From a virus (taxonomy: Duplodnaviria; Heunggongvirae; Uroviricota; Caudoviricetes), in IMG/VR virus record IMGVR_UViG_2671180338_000011: a stretch of DNA of 4,487 bases; one strand, given 5' to 3'. The position numbers and the translations under genes were made by a program. The notes below the pieces were generated by a model. The model was not told the origin of the DNA. It saw only the letters and a list, made by a program, of their open reading frames with translations, and ran no database searches. Below, one piece after another: positions 1 to 4,487 of the stretch (its first letter is position 1; every line of letters begins with the position of its first letter).

Positions 1-38
1 AAAACACTATCAATAAGTTGGAGTCATTACCCCAATTT

Positions 39-52
39 TTTACGTACGTAAA
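39..52. promoter_or_regulatory. Perfect 14-bp palindrome TTTACGTACGTAAA about 85 bp upstream of the porin start; candidate regulator-binding site
   Basis: Self-complementary sequence read directly. No transcription factor assigned. Confidence 0.25.
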
Positions 53-137
53 CCACTAAATGATATTTGCGAGAATGCTACCTATTTATCGCGCAGTGAC
101 ATCATTTTTTAATAATAGTTCAAAAAAAGGGCTCACG

Positions 138-1220
138 ATGAAAAAATTAACAGTGGCAATTTCTGCTGTAGCTGCATCAGTACTGATGGCGATGTCTGCT
201 CAGGCAGCTGAAATTTATAATAAAGACAGTAACAAGCTGGATCTGTACGGGAAAGTTAATGCTAAGCACTACTTCTCCTCTAATGATGCAGATGATGGTG
301 ATACTACTTATGCCCGTCTTGGCTTCAAAGGTGAAACCCAAATCAACGATCAACTGACTGGTTTCGGTCAGTGGGAATATGAATTCAAAGGCAACCGCGC
401 TGAATCTCAAGGTTCCTCCAAAGATAAAACCCGTCTTGCCTTCGCTGGCCTGAAATTCGGTGACTACGGCTCCATCGATTACGGCCGTAACTACGGTGTA
501 GCATACGACATCGGTGCGTGGACTGACGTCCTGCCAGAATTCGGTGGTGACACTTGGACTCAAACAGATGTGTTCATGACTGGTCGCACCACTGGTGTTG
601 CAACTTATCGTAACAACGACTTCTTTGGTCTGGTTGATGGTCTGAACTTTGCTGCTCAGTATCAGGGTAAAAATGACCGCACTGACGTAACTGAAGCTAA
701 TGGTGATGGTTTCGGTTTCTCCACTACTTATGAGTATGAAGGATTCGGTGTAGGTGCAACCTATGCTAAATCTGACCGCACTAATAATCAGGTTATCTAC
801 GGTAACAACAGCCTGAATGCATCTGGTCAAAATGCTGAAGTATGGGCAGCTGGTCTGAAATATGATGCGAACAACATCTATCTGGCTACCACCTATTCTG
901 AAACCCAGAACATGACTGTTTTTGGTAATAACCATATTGCCAACAAAGCACAAAACTTCGAAGTAGTTGCACAATATCAGTTCGACTTCGGTCTGCGTCC
1001 GTCCGTTGCTTACCTGCAATCTAAAGGAAAAGACTTGGGTGCGTGGGGTGATCAGGACCTGGTTGAATATATTGATGTAGGTGCAACCTATTACTTCAAC
1101 AAAAATATGTCCACTTTTGTTGATTACAAAATCAACCTGATTGATAAGAGCGATTTCACGAAAGCATCTGGCGTTGCTACCGATGATATCGTTGCTGTAG
1201 GTATGGTTTACCAGTTCTAA
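138..1220 (+). CDS. nmpC: Outer-membrane general porin, prophage-encoded NmpC/Lc (OmpD-like), OmpC/OmpF/PhoE family; intact 360-aa precursor
   Basis: ATG at 138 preceded by AAGGG (126-130). Signal peptide [23 protein letters not shown] with AQA-AE cleavage site. Porin L3-loop signature PEFGGD present. C-terminal YQF with terminal Phe typical of beta-barrel OMPs. The ORF-track start at 60 adds 26 residues before the signal peptide and is probably not used. Family assignment from memory, not searched. Confidence 0.9.
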   Translation: MKKLTVAISAVAASVLMAMSAQAAEIYNKDSNKLDLYGKVNAKHYFSSNDADDGDTTYARLGFKGETQINDQLTGFGQWEYEFKGNRAESQGSSKDKTRLAFAGLKFGDYGSIDYGRNYGVAYDIGAWTDVLPEFGGDTWTQTDVFMTGRTTGVATYRNNDFFGLVDGLNFAAQYQGKNDRTDVTEANGDGFGFSTTYEYEGFGVGATYAKSDRTNNQVIYGNNSLNASGQNAEVWAAGLKYDANNIYLATTYSETQNMTVFGNNHIANKAQNFEVVAQYQFDFGLRPSVAYLQSKGKDLGAWGDQDLVEYIDVGATYYFNKNMSTFVDYKINLIDKSDFTKASGVATDDIVAVGMVYQF

Positions 1221-1244
1221 TTTGATTACTAAAAGATATGTTGC

Positions 1245-1261
1245 GGGAGGCTTTGCCTCCC
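1245..1261. other. Stem-loop (7-bp stem GGGAGGC/GCCTCCC, 3-nt loop) 25 nt after the porin stop; function unassigned
   Basis: Inverted repeat read directly. No U-tract immediately 3' on the plus strand; on the minus strand a CUUUU run lies 9 nt downstream. Confidence 0.4.
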
Positions 1262-1269
1262 CAACATAT

Positions 1270-1291
1270 AAGTGGCTCCCTCAAGCCACTT
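1270..1291. other. Stem-loop (8-bp stem AAGTGGCT/AGCCACTT, 6-nt loop); function unassigned
   Basis: Inverted repeat read directly; followed on the plus strand by the weakly T-rich TCCTTTAGG. Confidence 0.4.
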
Positions 1292-1356
1292 CCTTTAGGA
1301 GCACAACCTTGCTTCTAACTATATAAACCTTCTGTTATATATTACCCTTTATTTTT

Positions 1357-1390
1357 GGGGGCGTTGCAACGCCCCATTTTTAATAATTTT
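1357..1390 (+). terminator. Candidate intrinsic terminator for plus-strand (porin) transcription
   Basis: Perfect 18-nt GC-rich palindrome GGGGCGTTGCAACGCCCC (1357-1374) followed directly by ATTTTTAATAATTTTT. On the minus strand the hairpin is followed by CAAAAATAAA, so it is not a minus-strand terminator. Confidence 0.55.
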
Positions 1391-1408
1391 TAGTAAACAA
1401 TTGGCATA

Positions 1409-1792
1409 TTAATTAGAGTTATTAACAACGATATCCATCTCTAACCGGATATCTAATGCCATTAACATCCCTTCAATTATGCCCTCAGCCTTCTGTAACC
1501 TTTTCCCGATATAACCATCAGAGCAGCAATGCTTACCTGCCAGTGACATGAATGTCATACCGACTACATAATAATCTACTAATAAATCGTGCAAATCGCT
1601 GTTGTTCTTTTTCAGACGGGCCATGCACCCGCAAATAATCATCGCGTCATCGTCACAACATTGCGGGCGAGATTTTACTTTTGAAGTAATTAATCCCTTA
1701 AAACCGGCGGCAATGGACGACCAGGTCACATCTTCATGATTATTAGCCGCCCACGCTCCCCAACGCTCAAGAACCATCTGAATATCACGCAT
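1409..1792 (-). CDS. quuD: Late-gene antitermination protein Q (DLP12 QuuD-like, 127 aa)
   Basis: ATG at 1792-1790 with GGAG 7 nt upstream on the minus strand. Cys-rich motifs ([20 protein letters not shown]) and size match the short Q proteins of DLP12-type prophages. The ORF-track start at 1807 is a TTG extension. Position directly downstream of rusA/ylcG is the canonical lambdoid layout. Confidence 0.8.
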   Translation of the reverse strand: MRDIQMVLERWGAWAANNHEDVTWSSIAAGFKGLITSKVKSRPQCCDDDAMIICGCMARLKKNNSDLHDLLVDYYVVGMTFMSLAGKHCCSDGYIGKRLQKAEGIIEGMLMALDIRLEMDIVVNNSN

Positions 1793-1877
1793 CAACTTAC
1801 TCCACAAAAATCAGACCAGAACGCCAATTACAAGCAAAAATCAACAAAACAGTATTAGTTGATTGTTATCTCTGACT

Positions 1878-2018
1878 TCATACTCCTGCTCCTGTCAGGG
1901 TTTTGGCGTAATTCTTCAGTATTCGGTAATCGGTCAAAACAGAACCGGGGAAACGATATAAGCGCAGATGCCCCCAGCGGTGGCGAAGAAGTTCTGCCAT
2001 ATAAAACTCAAACATCAT
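1878..2018 (-). CDS. ylcG: Small nin-region protein YlcG-like (46 aa), not in the supplied ORF track
   Basis: Hand translation of the minus strand gives [46 protein letters not shown], ending in TGA at 1880-1878. Its ATG overlaps the rusA stop (ATGA). Size and position match DLP12 ylcG between rusA and Q. Confidence 0.6.
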   Translation of the reverse strand: MMFEFYMAELLRHRWGHLRLYRFPGSVLTDYRILKNYAKTLTGAGV

Positions 2019-2377
2019 TCATTCCCCATTTCGGTGATGGTCAGTTCCAGCCTCCCACCTTTGGTAACAGGCATCTTCACAACGCGGTAATCAACGACCT
2101 GAGCATCATCCAGCCAGAAACCTGCTTTGGTGAGTGCGTCAAAAGCGGCTTTTTGCAGATTATCCAGGTCACGGCGACGGCGATCCGGCATGTGGCACTC
2201 AATACGGATTTTCACTGGCATAGCCAGGCCGATATCCAGCATTGCGTTTTTAATGATTCGGGTGACGTTATCGCGGTATGCCTGCCCTTCTGCGCTGATG
2301 TGTGTGCGCCCGCGATTATGGCGGTAATAGCGGTTATTGCTCGGAGGCCAGGGTAATGTGATGCTGTAGGTATTCAC
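2015..2377 (-). CDS. rusA: Crossover junction endodeoxyribonuclease RusA (Holliday junction resolvase), 120 aa
   Basis: Translation [24 protein letters not shown]...[11 protein letters not shown] closely matches E. coli RusA as I recall it. The start codon read from the sequence is GTG (2377-2375), overlapping the ybcO TGA stop (GTGA). Confidence 0.9.
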   Translation of the reverse strand: MNTYSITLPWPPSNNRYYRHNRGRTHISAEGQAYRDNVTRIIKNAMLDIGLAMPVKIRIECHMPDRRRRDLDNLQKAAFDALTKAGFWLDDAQVVDYRVVKMPVTKGGRLELTITEMGNE

Positions 2378-2664
2378 GCCTTAATAACCCCCTCTTTCAG
2401 CCAGATAACCTGCGTTCTCGCCATACCTTCCAGCGCGCATTCTTTTGCATACTCAGCATCGACAAAATATGTGCGGCGGTCGATTTCGTCGTGACAGGCA
2501 GAACATGCAATGGTGGCAATCAGGTCTGGCGGTTTGATACCGGTACCGCACAATCCAGCCAGCCGGATATGTGCCAGTACTGACGTTTCAGGATTGCCAT
2601 TACATACGCCAGGGATTCTTACCTGGCATTCCCGACCACGCGCTGCTTTTCTCAAATCAGCCAT
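2374..2664 (-). CDS. ybcO: YbcO-like Cys-rich nin-region protein (DUF1364, putative nuclease), 96 aa
   Basis: ATG at 2664-2662 preceded by AGGAGG on the minus strand, giving [23 protein letters not shown]... The ORF-track start at 2703 is a TTG extension. Several Cys/His residues consistent with a zinc-binding fold. Family from memory. Confidence 0.85.
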   Translation of the reverse strand: MADLRKAARGRECQVRIPGVCNGNPETSVLAHIRLAGLCGTGIKPPDLIATIACSACHDEIDRRTYFVDAEYAKECALEGMARTQVIWLKEGVIKA

Positions 2665-2827
2665 GATTCCTCCTTGCTGCCAGTCGCAACCATTTTTTAT
2701 CAACCAGGCTAGCGGTATATCCGAGCAGTGTTGGTATTTCGGATGGCTTCAGCTCAGGCTTACGCTTACGACGATTTGATACTCTGTAGATGTGCCCGTT
2801 CATGACACGAATAAGCGGTGTAGCCAT
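2657..2827 (-). CDS. ninE: NinE-family small protein (56 aa), not in the supplied ORF track
   Basis: Hand translation of the minus strand from the ATG at 2827-2825 gives [56 protein letters not shown], stop TGA at 2659-2657. The basic C-terminal region resembles lambda NinE. Start overlaps the ybcN stop (TAATG); 3' end overlaps the ybcO start by 8 nt. Confidence 0.7.
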   Translation of the reverse strand: MATPLIRVMNGHIYRVSNRRKRKPELKPSEIPTLLGYTASLVDKKWLRLAARRNHG

Positions 2828-3282
2828 TACGCCTCCTGCTTATCGCGCAGCTGCTGGTATTCACAGCTCTGCGGAATTGTCAGGTGGCAGCCGATATTCA
2901 TCGCCCAGGCTTCGACTTTGCACAGGAAGATGTACATCTCGCCGGTTTCCAGCTCTGACGTATGGCGGAGGGATTGGACGGTGGTGACCTCGCCGGACAC
3001 GACATCTACACGGTCTTTGCTTTCGTAGCCGAGATAGGTGTGCTTCATCGCGTCTTTGACCCACTCAGGCGTAGCGAAGGTCTTGCCGCGGGCGATGAGA
3101 TATTCGCTGATCTCCGTGTACCACATGTGGCTGAGCGCGTTCTGCGACAGGCTGCGCTTCTCGCGCCACGGCTTAACCTGCAGGCGTAAGCATTGCCCGG
3201 CATCCAGCAATGGCTGAATCTGCTGGCCGATGGCCGCGAAGTTACCGCGATGGAGTTTGATGCCGTCTACTGGCAGAGTCAT
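2827..3282 (-). CDS. ybcN: NinB/Orf-family recombination protein (DLP12 YbcN-like), 151 aa
   Basis: ATG at 3282-3280 with GGGAGG 4 nt upstream on the minus strand. The RSLSQNALSHMWYTEIS segment resembles the RSLDQN...LW motif of lambda NinB. First gene of the nin cluster, as in DLP12. Confidence 0.85.
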   Translation of the reverse strand: MTLPVDGIKLHRGNFAAIGQQIQPLLDAGQCLRLQVKPWREKRSLSQNALSHMWYTEISEYLIARGKTFATPEWVKDAMKHTYLGYESKDRVDVVSGEVTTVQSLRHTSELETGEMYIFLCKVEAWAMNIGCHLTIPQSCEYQQLRDKQEA

Positions 3283-3308
3283 ACGGCCTCCCTAACGGAA
3301 ACCGCAGA

Positions 3309-3338
3309 ATGCAGAAAATCGCAGGTGCATTTCTGCAT
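3309..3338. promoter_or_regulatory. Inverted repeat with 9-bp arms ATGCAGAAA/TTTCTGCAT and 12-bp spacer, 27-56 nt upstream of the ybcN start; candidate operator or leader RNA structure
   Basis: Perfect arm complementarity read directly. Lies in the divergent intergenic region between ybcN and the AT-rich cassette. Confidence 0.3.
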
Positions 3339-3369
3339 CTGTGACAAGGTGATGAGTTCAGATTGTGGT

Positions 3370-3393
3370 CGCATTTAAGTCCCCTTAAATGCG
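3370..3393. other. Strong stem-loop: 10-bp perfect stem CGCATTTAAG/CTTAAATGCG with 4-nt loop; function unassigned
   Basis: Read directly. No U-tract on either side, so not a canonical intrinsic terminator. Sits just before the GC-to-AT composition shift. Confidence 0.35.
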
Positions 3394-3502
3394 CAGAAGT
3401 CACCGGAGTTGTTCAGGCTCCGATGAGAGGATTATGGCGGATTGATTACGATAAATCAAAACTATCTTGAAGCCAAAACAGTGATCTTCGCTTTAAAAAC
3501 CT

Positions 3503-3510
3503 TGTATACT
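3503..3510 (+). promoter_or_regulatory. Candidate extended -10 element (TGTATACT) for the AT-rich cassette
   Basis: TATACT hexamer with TG immediately upstream, about 37 nt before the ATG at 3547. No convincing -35 hexamer at 17-bp spacing; AT-rich upstream sequence could act as an UP element. Inferred only. Confidence 0.3.
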
Positions 3511-3546
3511 TTCACCTAATCACAGCCAGAACTATGGATCTAACCA

Positions 3547-3924
3547 ATGACCAACAAAGAAAACAAAGATAAATATATTAACAAGTTCAAGAAAGAGCTT
3601 TCAAAATATATACAACCAACTGCTGGAGTGGACATTCAATTATTTAACTCTAAGGATGGTGGTGGTGTAATTAAAGCCACTTTGAATAGAAGTGGAAAAA
3701 GAAAATCATCTATTGCTGGTAATTTTACTAAATTAGGTGAGGCAATTACCTCGAGTGGGCAGAGGGTTTTTGGTGGTGATCTATCAAATGTGAATTTTTA
3801 CGGAACAAATACGATTTTTGATGGAGATACAATATTTTTAATTAAATCACCTGATTCAGAGGAGTGGTCATCACAAAAAGCTTCCAAAGACGTAGAGGGC
3901 ATCGTATTTGGAGGGAAAAAATGA
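3547..3924 (+). CDS. Hypothetical protein, 125 aa, Lys/Gly-rich, no signal peptide or TM segment, family not recognised; first gene of AT-rich cassette
   Basis: ORF with in-frame TAA two codons upstream of the ATG. Weak RBS (GGAT). About 30% GC by eye. Stop TGA overlaps the downstream ATG (ATGA). No conserved motif I can name. Confidence 0.6.
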   Translation: MTNKENKDKYINKFKKELSKYIQPTAGVDIQLFNSKDGGGVIKATLNRSGKRKSSIAGNFTKLGEAITSSGQRVFGGDLSNVNFYGTNTIFDGDTIFLIKSPDSEEWSSQKASKDVEGIVFGGKK

Positions 3925-4349
3925 TTAACATTACTACTAAGGATGGCACTCAAGTCAGTGGTGAAGTAAGAGATCTAGTAATTCTTCTTGAAACTGATGG
4001 AAAAACGGTGTCTGATTATTTGCAGCCAATCCCTCCCAAAAAAGATACACACTGGAGCATGATTTTCATTCCGGTAGCAATTTATATACTACTTAATCTT
4101 GTATACATTATTGCTCACCCATTATTTCCTGAAAAATATCTAAAAACATCAACATCTATATTTCTATTCATTTCCTTCATATTAAGTGCAATAGTAGCAT
4201 ATTTTGTTTTCCATAAGCATAAATCTGCCACTCTATCCATATGCAGCTTAGTGTTCTTAGTGTTAATTGTAGGTGCTAACGTAGGGTTTATCAGTTACAG
4301 CGACCTAACACAAAAAGCGACGCAAAAATTAGATAGTTTGTCTAAATAA
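3921..4349 (+). CDS. Hypothetical small membrane protein, 142 aa: about 44-aa N-terminal soluble region followed by three predicted transmembrane helices; family not recognised
   Basis: ATG at 3921 preceded by GGAGGG (3910-3915). Hydrophobic stretches WSMIFIPVAIYILLNLVYIIAHPLF, IFLFISFILSAIVAYFVF and LSICSLVFLVLIVGANVGFI separated by short Lys/His-containing loops. The ORF-track start at 3864 is a GTG extension overlapping the upstream gene in another frame. Confidence 0.65.
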   Translation: MINITTKDGTQVSGEVRDLVILLETDGKTVSDYLQPIPPKKDTHWSMIFIPVAIYILLNLVYIIAHPLFPEKYLKTSTSIFLFISFILSAIVAYFVFHKHKSATLSICSLVFLVLIVGANVGFISYSDLTQKATQKLDSLSK

Positions 4350-4356
4350 TTATGTT

Positions 4357-4377
4357 GCCATGCGAAGTATGCATGGC
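4357..4377 (+). other. Stem-loop (7-bp stem GCCATGC/GCATGGC, 7-nt loop) 8 nt after the cassette stop; possible transcript-end structure
   Basis: Read directly; no U-tract immediately downstream, so terminator function is uncertain. Confidence 0.3.
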
Positions 4378-4487
4378 TGCATGTCTGCCTTCCATTTAAA
4401 ATGGGCTAAGACCTATAACCCTAAATATTATTCTTTATTATCTTCTTTACCACTTCGGTGATGCTGCCAACTTACTGATTTAGTGTA

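Noticed and set aside
60-137. N-terminal extension of the porin ORF from the ATG at 60
   Set aside because: Adds 26 residues ([26 protein letters not shown]) before a canonical signal peptide; the ATG at 138 with an upstream AAGGG is the plausible start.
177-1019. 280-aa ORF on the minus strand
   Set aside because: Lies entirely antisense within the well-supported porin gene; composition reflects the complementary strand of a highly expressed gene. Shadow ORF.
1357-1374. The GGGGCGTTGCAACGCCCC hairpin as a bidirectional terminator
   Set aside because: The U-tract is present only on the plus-strand 3' side; on the minus strand the hairpin is followed by an A-rich run, so termination of minus-strand transcripts is not supported.
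1793-1807. TTG-initiated extension of Q (ORF-track start 1807), and the analogous TTG extension of ybcO to 2703
   Set aside because: The internal ATG codons (1792, 2664) have well-placed Shine-Dalgarno sequences and give products matching the expected lengths of 127 and 96 aa.
1859-2356. 165-aa plus-strand ORF, and the nested 66-aa ORF at 2127-2327
   Set aside because: Antisense to ylcG and rusA, which have strong protein-level support; Arg/Ser/Cys-rich low-complexity translations typical of shadow frames.
2510-3378. Several 60-90-aa ORFs (2510-2779+, 2790-2987+, 2792-3028+, 2861-3064-, 2962-3189+, 3193-3378+)
   Set aside because: All overlap ybcO, ninE or ybcN on the opposite strand or in other frames; translations are Arg/Cys/Pro-rich with no RBS support. 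Treated as non-coding frames of real genes.
3864-3920. 5' extension of the membrane-protein ORF (GTG start at 3864)
   Set aside because: Overlaps the 3' end of the upstream gene in another frame, and the ATG at 3921 has a strong GGAGGG Shine-Dalgarno; the extension is an artefact of allowing GTG starts.
3547-4349. Identification of the cassette as a RexA/RexB-type exclusion system
   Set aside because: The membrane partner is similar in size to RexB, but the soluble partner is 125 aa, far smaller than RexA, and the locus is not in the immunity region. No sequence similarity that I can recognise; kept only as a loose analogy.
1-4487. CRISPR array, tRNA, rRNA or IS element (in particular IS5 at the Q-nmpC junction as in K-12)
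   Set aside because: No periodic direct repeats with spacers, no cloverleaf-like conserved tRNA segments, and no terminal inverted repeats or transposase ORF anywhere; the Q-porin intergenic region is only 188 bp.

Overview
This window is a segment of a lambdoid (DLP12-like) prophage from an Enterobacteriaceae (E. coli-like) genome. Positions 138-1220 (+) encode an intact phage-borne OmpC/OmpF-family porin (NmpC/Lc-like), convergent with a minus-strand late-control and nin-region operon: ybcN (NinB/Orf-like), ninE, ybcO, rusA, ylcG and the Q antiterminator (quuD-like), most joined by overlapping stop/start codons. ninE and ylcG are absent from the supplied ORF track and were found by hand translation. 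The right-hand ~1 kb is a sharply AT-rich insert (about 30% GC by eye versus about 50% for the phage backbone) carrying a translationally coupled two-gene cassette on the opposite strand: a 125-aa soluble protein and a 142-aa protein with three predicted transmembrane helices. I do not recognise either protein, and this cassette is the best candidate for an undescribed accessory system (defence, superinfection exclusion or toxin-immunity), though function is inferred from context only. All homology statements are from memory of protein families, not from a database search. No tRNA, rRNA, CRISPR array or IS element was seen.
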